Notes under the pieces: model-generated
What the model was told of the DNA's origin: nothing
Databases searched by the model: none
Seen by the model: only the letters and a program-made list of their open reading frames with translations
Made by a program: the position numbers and the translations under genes
Part shown: positions 52,577 through 61,700 of the stretch, piece after piece
How the letters are laid out: every line of letters begins with the position of its first letter
Numbering within the stretch: the stretch's first letter is position 1
Virus record (IMG/VR): IMGVR_UViG_3300034993_000085
Location: 5,479-69,478 of that record
DNA from: a virus
Lineage: Duplodnaviria > Caudoviricetes
Length of the DNA stretch: 64,000 nt
Strand: one strand, 5' to 3'

Positions 52577-53202
52577 TTCTTTAGCTCTAATACCATAAGC
52601 TGACGGTAGTAGGTCTGGTTTGTCCCTGCCGCCGAGTTCGCTATACGCAGCGCCAATGAATGAGATGCCGCTGATACCCCGGTAAATATCTTCCACCCCA
52701 TGAGCCCAAAGGAACTCGCAGACGATGCACGATTATCGAGATCGGTATCTGCACCGCTGTCCAGGCGCAAGGACATGAAACAGTTCCCCGGTGTTCCACT
52801 GGTAATATAGGCGTTGGTATGTCCAAATACCAGCAGGATGCCCCCTGTTGTGGTAATCGTCCGCGTCGCAACATCGGTGTAGGACGTGCTCGATACATCA
52901 ACGGCGGATGCTTCGACCGTTTCCACGGCCTGTGTAATAAGGTTCGCCGGAACCATTCCCGCCCGAAGCTGCATCCAGCCTGATTGATTGTTCGCATCAG
53001 ACCCCATCAAGCGGTCAGTGAGCGGGGAGTTCAATGCCCCGGATGCGAGCGTTATCCCGAGCTTCGCCATGATCGCTTCGAGATCATCATTATGATCCGA
53101 CACGAACTGCGAAAGGGTGCGTCCCCCTACGGGAGTCGCGGTGTGCGTCGATCCCGCCGGGTTCGTGTAGGTGGTGATCGCACCTGGGAATGCACCGGCC
53201 AA
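52573..53202 (-). CDS. Virion structural/fibre-like protein
   Basis: 209 aa, Thr/Gly-rich beta C-terminus. Confidence 0.6.
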   Translation of the reverse strand: MAGAFPGAITTYTNPAGSTHTATPVGGRTLSQFVSDHNDDLEAIMAKLGITLASGALNSPLTDRLMGSDANNQSGWMQLRAGMVPANLITQAVETVEASAVDVSSTSYTDVATRTITTTGGILLVFGHTNAYITSGTPGNCFMSLRLDSGADTDLDNRASSASSFGLMGWKIFTGVSAASHSLALRIANSAAGTNQTYYRQLMVLELKK

Positions 53203-53205
53203 GAA

Positions 53206-53538
53206 CTAGCCTCTAATCTCCGGATTACTGGTGTCCAAGCCCGCAAGCACTTCCAACGTGTTGTTAATGACGGAGCCCAGGGTCGGTGCCAGAGATAATC
53301 CCACCGCGAGTTTCACCGACTCCATCAATGTATCCGGATCAACCGGACCGACGCCCGCCGCAAGGAGAGGGGTGAACACCACAAGGCTCTGCAAGAATGT
53401 CCGCAGTGCCCGGATCAGGATCATCTTCCACGGTTCGAGGAAGCTGACATCAATGTTTGTGGGGGTGGTCCGGTTCGCCCTCGACGCTAGATTCTCGTCC
53501 GTCGTTAGGATTTTCTTCGTCGGTCGCTTGTCCGGCAT
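53206..53538 (-). CDS. Holin (r1t-like)
   Basis: IRALRTFLQS followed by two hydrophobic segments. Confidence 0.6.
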   Translation of the reverse strand: MPDKRPTKKILTTDENLASRANRTTPTNIDVSFLEPWKMILIRALRTFLQSLVVFTPLLAAGVGPVDPDTLMESVKLAVGLSLAPTLGSVINNTLEVLAGLDTSNPEIRG

Positions 53539-53776
53539 CGATGGGCTCCTTTGGAGTCGTCACGCTTATCAACTCGTGGAGAACCTCTCGGGCCTCCGCG
53601 AGCTTTTCTTCGAGTCCCATGGCATAGAGCTTCATCAACGTGAACTCCACGGACAATGTTTGGAACTCTGATGGGCCAGCACGCCCTAACATCGGGGGCC
53701 GCTGGAGTGATTCAAAGAGGGACGTGAGCCGCGCTTCGCGGCTCACGCTCTCTTCAACGTCGGGCGTCTCGGGCAT
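53450..53776 (-). CDS. Hypothetical coiled-coil protein
   Basis: 108 aa; overlaps the holin start by 89 nt. Confidence 0.45.
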   Translation of the reverse strand: MPETPDVEESVSREARLTSLFESLQRPPMLGRAGPSEFQTLSVEFTLMKLYAMGLEEKLAEAREVLHELISVTTPKEPIDAGQATDEENPNDGRESSVEGEPDHPHKH

Positions 53777-53783
53777 ACGTTAC

Positions 53784-54320
53784 CTACTTGTGCTCTTCGG
53801 CTTTCTTAGCGTCTGCCGCTGCCTCTGAGAATGTCTTGGCTTCCGTGGTCATCGACGGAGGGGGCGTAGGCTCGATAGGATCGGGGACACCAACGGCGCC
53901 CTTATCCTTGTTGAGTGGCGCGGTTCGCCGGGCAGCCCGGCCCTGTGCTGGTGTCTCATCATCGTGGTGATGTGCCACACGGGCACCCCCAAGCTGACTC
54001 TCCACCAAACGCGTGAGGTCCGCGATCTGCTGCTGCATCGCAGCCATCTGCGGATTCATGTTCGACACCGATGCTTCGGGCTCAACGTACGGGTTGATCT
54101 TACGCACGCGACCCGGGGTCTTGGCATCTTCGTAGGTGATCCCGTCCGCTTCCGCGAGATGGAGACCTACCCACCGGCGAGCCTTCGTCATGGACATATC
54201 CACTTCGTCCCCTGGCTCCAGTCGCCCGTAGTCTGCCGAATACTGATGATCGGTCATGGTCACAGTGACCAGTTCGTCATCGTCCTCGTGCGTGTCGCGT
54301 ACTTTCCTGTCTCGTGCCAT
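53784..54320 (-). CDS. Head-associated hypothetical protein
   Basis: AAGGAG RBS; follows capsid genes. Confidence 0.65.
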   Translation of the reverse strand: MARDRKVRDTHEDDDELVTVTMTDHQYSADYGRLEPGDEVDMSMTKARRWVGLHLAEADGITYEDAKTPGRVRKINPYVEPEASVSNMNPQMAAMQQQIADLTRLVESQLGGARVAHHHDDETPAQGRAARRTAPLNKDKGAVGVPDPIEPTPPPSMTTEAKTFSEAAADAKKAEEHK

Positions 54321-54345
54321 TGTTCTACTCCTTGGTTCTCAGGAC

Positions 54346-54741
54346 TTAGTACGAGCCTGAAATCTTGACTTGCACCTTCACAGCCGGAGCCGCGAGTCCT
54401 GTGGCCCCAACATGGAGCGACTCGGCTTCCAGAATGTCGCCGTCGTTCACCACAAGGTTGTCGGCTATCGCGGAGAGTGTCAGGTTGAACGGCACGTTAT
54501 CCACGATATCGGCAACCGCCGCGACCAGCGCCAGCGTGGCGACAGTCTTGGAGCGTGTGCGGTTGTAGAGGTTGAAGGTTCTGGACTCGGTGTCGGTCGT
54601 GTTGATCGCCGCCATCGGAATGACCTTGACCTCCACCACGGTACCTGCCGGCGCTGGAGGGAATATCCCGTACGCATCCGCTGCGGCGGCTGCCGCTGCG
54701 ATGTCCGTAACGAGAGGCTTTCTGAACGGAGATACTGACAT
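54346..54741 (-). CDS. Capsid decoration/cement-like protein
   Basis: 131 aa, beta-rich, immediately after the MCP. Confidence 0.5.
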   Translation of the reverse strand: MSVSPFRKPLVTDIAAAAAAADAYGIFPPAPAGTVVEVKVIPMAAINTTDTESRTFNLYNRTRSKTVATLALVAAVADIVDNVPFNLTLSAIADNLVVNDGDILEAESLHVGATGLAAPAVKVQVKISGSY

Positions 54742-54813
54742 TGTTCAAATCCTTTTCAAGCCCCAAGCGAGGGGACGGTGCCCGAGTCCGTCCCCTCAAC
54801 TCAGGTCAGAATG

Positions 54814-55830
54814 CTAGCTCGAATGCCGCATGACAGCGAACGGATAGCGAGTCGCGTTGTTCACGTTGTGCCGGTTGATCGGGTTCGGAACCTGGAAACC
54901 AGCCCGGAACGTCACGCGCATACCCATCATGTCCTGCTGAGCGAAGTTATAGATGACATTTCCATCGGCATCGAAGATCGTGGCCTCTTCCAGCATCTTG
55001 TACCGGATGTCGTCACGAACGCCCACGATGCCCTGGTTCCAGTCGCCGGCCACCAGAGACACCTTGTTCGCAGTGATAGCGGCACCGGCTGTGGTGAACT
55101 GCGATCCTTCGAACAGGCCGGCCATACTGGTGACAGCCTTCTCACCCCACAACATGCCCTTCCATGCGGAAGTCTCCACACCGGGGTTGTTCGGGATGTA
55201 GATCAGACCATCAGCATTGTCTCGGAGACCCCGGAACACTGACTTGAGGTTATTCTGCATCCAGAAACCATTGACTTCAAAGCCGTCGTCCTCGACCGCA
55301 GCCATGACGTTGTTCACGTCGTCGGCAACGTCGATGGTTGAAGCGCCGCGAGTCACGGTGTTACCGGAAGCAATGGCCTGGGCCGCAATGGCGTTCGGCC
55401 AGAGAGTCGGCTTATTCACGCCGAAGATGACTGCTGCATCGAAGGTGATCGCGATCGCCTCTTCAATGAGGGGCTTGATCTCGGCCCAGATGTCGTAGTT
55501 GGAATCTTCCAACACGTTGATGGGGATGGGAACGATGACCGCGATCTCTTCCGCGATCAGGTTCTTGAGTTCCCAAGAGACCTTGGTAGTCTGCTTGAGT
55601 CCTGTATCCCCGTTGACGAAATACGCAGTCGGCAGGGCCGAGAGCACGGGCATGTACTGAATCTTCGTGCCCATCCGCTTGATGCGGAACATGCTCATGA
55701 CCGCGCTCTTGACGGTCGCGCCCTTGATTATCTCTTTCGATACATCCAGCGGCATGAGGGCATTCGCCTCATTCGCACCGGAGGTAAAGCTCGGATCAGT
55801 ACCGCGAGCGATCCTTGAACTGTAGACCAT
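54814..55830 (-). CDS. Major capsid protein (HK97 fold)
   Basis: AYFVNGDTGLK, EEIAVIVPIP.NVLEDS, DAAVIFG, GDWNQ, QQDM. Confidence 0.92.
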   Translation of the reverse strand: MVYSSRIARGTDPSFTSGANEANALMPLDVSKEIIKGATVKSAVMSMFRIKRMGTKIQYMPVLSALPTAYFVNGDTGLKQTTKVSWELKNLIAEEIAVIVPIPINVLEDSNYDIWAEIKPLIEEAIAITFDAAVIFGVNKPTLWPNAIAAQAIASGNTVTRGASTIDVADDVNNVMAAVEDDGFEVNGFWMQNNLKSVFRGLRDNADGLIYIPNNPGVETSAWKGMLWGEKAVTSMAGLFEGSQFTTAGAAITANKVSLVAGDWNQGIVGVRDDIRYKMLEEATIFDADGNVIYNFAQQDMMGMRVTFRAGFQVPNPINRHNVNNATRYPFAVMRHSS

Positions 55831-55846
55831 GGTCGTTTACCCTCAT

Positions 55847-56725
55847 TTAACGCCGGCCTGCAAACCCGCGAATGAGAGTGTTCATGATAGTCGCGCTATC
55901 ACGTGGACCATTATCAGCAGGAGTCCCTTCGAGGACTTCCGGTTCGGCCACACCCCTACTCGCGCGAAGCTCTGCCAGCGATTCCTTCTTGAATGCTGGG
56001 TCTTTCTTGAGTTGCTCGCGCGCTAAGGCTGCACCCTCTTTTATTGCTTCGGCCCGGAGTATCTTCAACCCTTCCATAACGAACTCACGTCGTTGCGGAA
56101 CGGTGTTAACACCCTTCTGAATCAATCGAGTGGCTTCCGCCTTGGGCAGTGCTGCTGTCACTTGATCCAGCACCGCAGCGTCGAACTCCGCAAGAGCCCC
56201 GCCGTAAATCTGCATGCGCATGGCCTGGGTCGTCTGCATCTCATCTTCCGAGTCGAGCATTTTCTTTAGCTCTTCGGATGCAGCGTACGGGTCGTTATCC
56301 GCCTTCTGCCTGAGAGTGCGACGCTGCTCTTCTTTCGCCCGTTTGGCTTCTCGCCGGTCAACTTCCGCCTGGAGCCGTCTCGGTAACTCAGTCTGTTCGA
56401 ACTGCGTAATACCGTTGCGGATCATCTCGGTAAGCTGTGCCCGTGTTAGGGCTATCGGCGCATCACCGTCCGGTGCACCACTATCCTCGCCATCAGCTTT
56501 TGGCTGGGGCTCGGCAGGCGCGGCGCCTTCTGTATCCTGGGACTCACCTGACTCGGATCGATCCTCTTCTCCACTAGCTACAGGGGCAGGAAGCTCAACC
56601 GGGGTGCGGCCAAGCACTGAGTTAAGCCACGTTTGGCCCTGCTGATCTGGTGAAGGAGAATCGCCCTGTTGAGCCGGCGGTTGGCCGGAAAGGGGCGCGT
56701 CGAGCGTTTCGGCTACTTGCGTCAT
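55847..56725 (-). CDS. Scaffolding protein
   Basis: Acidic, disordered N-terminus plus coiled coil, directly upstream of MCP. Confidence 0.75.
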   Translation of the reverse strand: MTQVAETLDAPLSGQPPAQQGDSPSPDQQGQTWLNSVLGRTPVELPAPVASGEEDRSESGESQDTEGAAPAEPQPKADGEDSGAPDGDAPIALTRAQLTEMIRNGITQFEQTELPRRLQAEVDRREAKRAKEEQRRTLRQKADNDPYAASEELKKMLDSEDEMQTTQAMRMQIYGGALAEFDAAVLDQVTAALPKAEATRLIQKGVNTVPQRREFVMEGLKILRAEAIKEGAALAREQLKKDPAFKKESLAELRASRGVAEPEVLEGTPADNGPRDSATIMNTLIRGFAGRR

Positions 56726-56743
56726 GCAATTACCTCTGCTCAA

Positions 56744-56772
56744 GGTGTACCATGCAAATCCCGGGGCGTCAA
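56744..56772 (-). promoter_or_regulatory. Candidate promoter of the head operon
   Basis: TTGACG-17-TACACC with extended TG, just after a terminator. Confidence 0.5.
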
Positions 56773-56785
56773 CCTTTGGAGACGC

Positions 56786-56995
56786 AAAAACCCCCTCGTC
56801 GGTTGGCGAACGAGGGGGTTTCTGTCGCCTGGAAGCGGGTCCGGAACCGAAGAAAGGAGATTAAGACGGTTCCGTTATTCAGCATACCAGATGGGGTGCC
56901 GTGGGGGTGAGCGCTCACCCCACGACGGGAAACTCTGACTTGGGGTCTAGCTAAGACGGTGGGTCAGAGCACTGCGCTCGCAGTCCCGCTGGCAC
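56786..56995 (-). ncRNA. Stand-alone ~210-nt multibranch sRNA with anti-SD loop
   Basis: Promoter at 57003-57030, terminator at 56786-56822; closing AGCGGG/CCCGCU, four internal hairpins; loop UCUUAAUCUCCUUUCUU on an 8-bp stem. Confidence 0.6.
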
Positions 56996-57002
56996 AAATT
57001 GT

Positions 57003-57030
57003 ATTATACACAATCACTCTGTCCCGCCAA
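57003..57030 (-). promoter_or_regulatory. Strong promoter for the sRNA
   Basis: TGTGTATAAT (perfect extended -10); TTGGCG 16 nt upstream. Confidence 0.7.
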
Positions 57031-57331
57031 AAAGATCGCGAGTAAGCGCCGCATCATAAGCATGGTGCGCAAGATCGATCTTCTCTTTGATGATGTCCGG
57101 AGCATCACTATCCCCATCGACGATGCTTCCCCAGCTATTTTGTTCGATAGGGATAAGCGACGCTATAGGCCCCTTCTCACTCGGGGCTTCGTGCCGGATG
57201 ACCGCTGGATACCGATTGTCATCAAACACCGGCTGCCCATTCAGTTGTGGGGCTGTTAAAACATCAATCGTATGATCCGATTGACACGCCGCGACCTCAC
57301 GAACATTCTTCGTTACGTTGCTTGTGTCCAC
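57014..57331 (-). CDS. Hypothetical protein
   Basis: 105 aa, CAGGAG RBS, GTG start. Confidence 0.55.
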   Translation of the reverse strand: MDTSNVTKNVREVAACQSDHTIDVLTAPQLNGQPVFDDNRYPAVIRHEAPSEKGPIASLIPIEQNSWGSIVDGDSDAPDIIKEKIDLAHHAYDAALTRDLFGGTE

Positions 57332-57334
57332 TGG

Positions 57335-58702
57335 TTACTCCTGGGGTTGTTCTGGCTGATCGGGAGCAATCATCCCCGGGTAATACTGCTGAATGAAGTC
57401 CGTTACTGCCGTGGGCTGGCTGCCCATACTCGGCATTGAGTTCCAATCAACTGTAGGCAGCGGCGTCGATGTGCGCCCCTCATTCTGCATGACAATGTTC
57501 CGCGCGTACGGGGATACATTCTTCAGGGCGCTCGCGGTCGCACGCTCACGAGTCTTATCGAGATCAAAGTTGAAGTTGAAATCATCGGGGCTGAAGTTCA
57601 CCCCGGCGCTTGATCCTTTCGCCAGCGAGTTGATCGCGGCAGACATATTCGCCCCAAGGTTCGGACCACCCCGGTACGGAAAGGTGCTGATCGCCTCTTC
57701 CGCCGCGTAGTGCCCGGCATCCACACCCAGGCGTGCCCGGTTCAGGGAGTGCGTTGCCGCGAACTGGGCCGATGAGTCCTCAAGCTGCTGAAGCTGGCGC
57801 TCCTCGGCGGCACGCATCCGAGCCGCTTCGTCCATCTTGAACGGACCCTCGACCGTACGGCGCCACCAGTTATTCATCTCCGCAATCGCGGTCTCCTGGT
57901 CGATACGGCGAGCCGCGAGCAGGTTCGAAAGCTGGGCTTGCTTCTCCGCGAAAGCCTGCTTGGTTTTCTCAAGGTCGAACTTCGGCCCCTGCTCAAACGC
58001 GTTCTGAGACTCCGCTATGTCAACTTGCCGGCCCTGGAGCCCGACCTGTTCGCGCTTGATCCCTAAATCTTCGCGATCGATGCCAATCTTTTCGCGATCA
58101 AGCCCAATGCGTTCGTCACCTTGCGATATCTGCCGGTCAGTCTGAGCCGACGTGACCCCGAACTGTGACGCGTTCCGGGCATTCTCCTCGCGTCGGATCG
58201 CGTTGGTATCAGCGGTGCTCTGGGCCTGGGCCTGAATCGCCGCTATCTGAGCATTGACTTGCTGAAGCCGGACAGCCGCATCTTTTTGCTCTTGCTGCTG
58301 CTTTGCAAGATCAGCATTCGTAACGTAGCCGTCGCCGTTCGCGGCGTTTTGAGCCCGCTCTGCATCAAGTGCGGTAGCTGCGCGAGCCTGGGCTCCGGCT
58401 GTAGTGGCCTCAGCCGCGCGCTGCTCGGGAGATACTGGAGGATTCTGCTGTGCGGCACGCTGCTGCGTGATGTACTGCGTCCGAATATCATTGTTGAGTG
58501 TGGTCTTTTTAAGATCGCTATCCTGCTGGGCTACCCCGTTATCATCGAGGATGTTGTACCGAACAATGCCGTCCTCGTAGGTGCTCGCGAGGACGTTGCC
58601 CTTTACCCAGCCTTTATCGTCTGTAGGCTGAGTCGTTACAAAGACCTCGGGGTTCCCAGCCTTAAACCATACCGGGACTATTTGAGTGATGATCGGTTCC
58701 AC
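57335..58702 (-). CDS. Internal virion (ejection) protein
   Basis: 455 aa, Gln/Ala-rich coiled coil, next to the polyvalent protein. Confidence 0.6.
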   Translation of the reverse strand: MEPIITQIVPVWFKAGNPEVFVTTQPTDDKGWVKGNVLASTYEDGIVRYNILDDNGVAQQDSDLKKTTLNNDIRTQYITQQRAAQQNPPVSPEQRAAEATTAGAQARAATALDAERAQNAANGDGYVTNADLAKQQQEQKDAAVRLQQVNAQIAAIQAQAQSTADTNAIRREENARNASQFGVTSAQTDRQISQGDERIGLDREKIGIDREDLGIKREQVGLQGRQVDIAESQNAFEQGPKFDLEKTKQAFAEKQAQLSNLLAARRIDQETAIAEMNNWWRRTVEGPFKMDEAARMRAAEERQLQQLEDSSAQFAATHSLNRARLGVDAGHYAAEEAISTFPYRGGPNLGANMSAAINSLAKGSSAGVNFSPDDFNFNFDLDKTRERATASALKNVSPYARNIVMQNEGRTSTPLPTVDWNSMPSMGSQPTAVTDFIQQYYPGMIAPDQPEQPQE

Positions 58703-61700
58703 TACCTCACTCCTTTAACTTGGCGCTCTTGTCTCTCTATGGATGACATATCGTTCAGTATGTTTTTCCCGGTACGTGCGCGAGCGGTCGCAGCTGCCTT
58801 GCGGATAAGCTCCGCATGGTCCGCGTCTGGTTCAATCCATAGGGACGATTGCTGCATCGCCGCTAGCTCAGTTTCGAACTCACTATTAAACGCTGACTGC
58901 CAGGCCGTCTGCTCTGCCCGAGACAACTGTATATTCTGTAGTGTAGCCGGAACAGGCGCTATCTGGTCAGAGCGAAGGCCGAACTGCCGGAGCGTCTTAA
59001 CAGTGTTTCCACTCAACTGATGCTCACGAGCGTCATTAAGCCGCTGCCCTGTTGCGTTTCCATAGAAGCCCTTGACCACGCCACCAACTACCGGGGTACT
59101 CGGGGCTCCTTCATCTTTCGGTACTCTCCGTGTCAGCGCGTCTCCGCCAGCGAGCACCGCTGCGCCGGTGTGGCCTCCCATATCGCGCACAACGAACTCA
59201 ACCTGACTTGGGCGCCACTCTAGCCCGAACTTATCAAAGACGAAATTCGAGATACCCTTCGAGATGTTCGACGCCTCCATGTCATTGCGCTCTGTCGCAA
59301 TCTGACGCCCCCGGAAAGCGTCCTTATTGTTCGACATCTGGAGTGCCGTAGATAGCCCGACCGGAGAGAACGCTGTTGTTAAATCTGTGGGGTTATTTGC
59401 CGTAATTGGCGATCCAATGCTGAGAAGGTCTTTCCCGATCTTGTTCCACTCATCCGGGTCTCGTACATCTCCACCAGTGCTTTCGATTGCCTTCTTCGCA
59501 GCCGCGCGTGCCAGCACACCGAACACCCCGAACTCTCGCAAAGGAAACGTGACGTATTTAGGACGACGCCCTCCAAACTCATCAACCCCTGCCTTCCCGA
59601 TGTCTGTGCCCGGTACCTCGGGCATCATGACAACAAGGTTCCGCGCCTTGATGTAGTCGGGGATGTCCTCATAGTCGCGAGCGCGTTGTGGATCAGATCG
59701 ATTCCACACTTCCGCCGCCATAACCGGAACACCGATCGTCGTTATCATCGTCGCCGGGAACGCCACGGGATTTTCCCGGAGTGCGCGAATGGGGGTCGCA
59801 GCCGCTTGAAACCCGATGTTGAAGAAAGGAATGAACTGGTTCAACGTCTTGGTCAGCGAGCCACCCTTACTGAAGTCCATCGTGGATTCACGCCCGGCGA
59901 TCATCCCCCGCAGCTTCGCGCTGTTGGGGTCTACCCCCTGCTTCATAAGCCGCTCTTCCGCGAGTCGTGCCGCCGCGACGCGCGGCGCGAGATCAAGGCG
60001 CGTACTGACATTTTGAAATGCCTCGCCTTTCCCAAGCCACTTGAGCACGCGGACCCAATCCTCTTTGTTGTTGACCTCGAACTTATCGAACGGATCGCTG
60101 CGCTGAAGGTCCCCTTGTTTCTTGAGCAAGGCTTCCTGGGTCATATCCTGAAAGCCCGCCATGCCACCACCTTCGCGAAGGAAGCGCGCATAGTCGCCCT
60201 TGTACTGCCCGGAGTCGAGTCCTCTCCACAAGTCCGGGTCGAAGTACGCTTGCATTAGGGCCTTGACAACTCTTCCCGTATTCTGAGGCCCCCCTTCCCA
60301 GGAAGTTTCGCGGACCACGGCTCCCGACACGTCGAGCAATAGCTGTTTTGCAATAAATGCCGGGTTACGGGTGATTAGCTCTCGTGTAAGTGTTGAGAGT
60401 TTCCGCATCACTTGCGCATCGATGCGATTCGATATGGGGTCTTTCTCGAAGTTCAGCGCCTTCGCGGTCCACGGATCGTTGACCTCATAGGCGACTTTCT
60501 TCCCGTCCACGAATCCGGTGACTATCTTCGACCGGGTACCCTCGCTGGTCATCTTGGCCTTGGCTTCGGTGCCGGATACGGACTTCGCGCTGAATACCGG
60601 GGTCTCGGCGTTCAGGGCGTGGAACGCATTGAACGCGTCGTTCTTGGCAATGCGCGCCTCGCTATCGAAGGCCAGCCGCATGAGCGAGTTGATCGGGTCC
60701 TCGCGCTCTTTGGTCGTGCCCTTGATGCTCGCTTCATGGATGCCTGTATCCCGGAGACTGACGCTCCCGCCGACCGCGACCTTCGACTCATCGTTGATGT
60801 GATCGAGAATACGTGTCGGGATGTAGAAATCGAACTGCTGAAGCGAATCAAGGGTTTTCTTGTTAATGATGCCGTGGTCATACATCCGCTGGCGGTACTC
60901 ATTCACGAACGCCTGGGTCTCATCCATGGCTTCGTTGATAGTTTTCCACACCTCCGGCCCGACTTTTTCCTCGATCTCCGCAAGGCGTGCCTGACTTTCG
61001 CGGACATCGACATCCCCAGAGAACGATCGCCCTTCCCCGGCCATACCGCCCGTCTGCCAGGCTTCGCCTTCACGAATCTCAAGCTCTTCATCAAGCCGGG
61101 TCCGCGCTTCGTCTAGCTTGACATGCAGGTCCATCGGGGCGTTCGGACTGTTCTGCATCTTCTCAAGACGCCGAACTTCGCGCTCCGCTGCCTGTACCCC
61201 GGGGGTTTGCCGAGCGGCTTCGTTAGCGTAGACCTGTCGCGCCTTCGCGTTCGACACCGCGATGTTATCGCGGTAGGTCATCGCGTTCTTAAACTGGTCG
61301 ATGTACGGACCGACGCGATTAACAGCAGGCCGGAGCATCTGGTCGATGGCTACCTGGGCTGCCTGGCTGGTGTTCCGGCGCGAGTGCTCCGAGAGCATCT
61401 CATCATAGGTGAGATCACGCCCAAGATACCGGCGAGCCTCTCCCTGGAGCTTATTCACATAGGTCCGGTTATCGAAGAATCGCTCGCTCAGATAATCCCG
61501 TGCCTGATTGAGCTTCGCCCAAGCCTTGCCCTGTATGTTTTCGGGCATGTCCTCAACACGCGTACGAGGCTGGTCCTTGTAAAGGTTATCGAAGCTAAGA
61601 TTCCATTCCGCCTTCGCGATGTTGGATGCCCACGCTCCCTCTGCACCTGTGCCTCGAATCGCGCGACCGCCCAGTCCGCGAGCCGCACCGAGAGCCGCGC

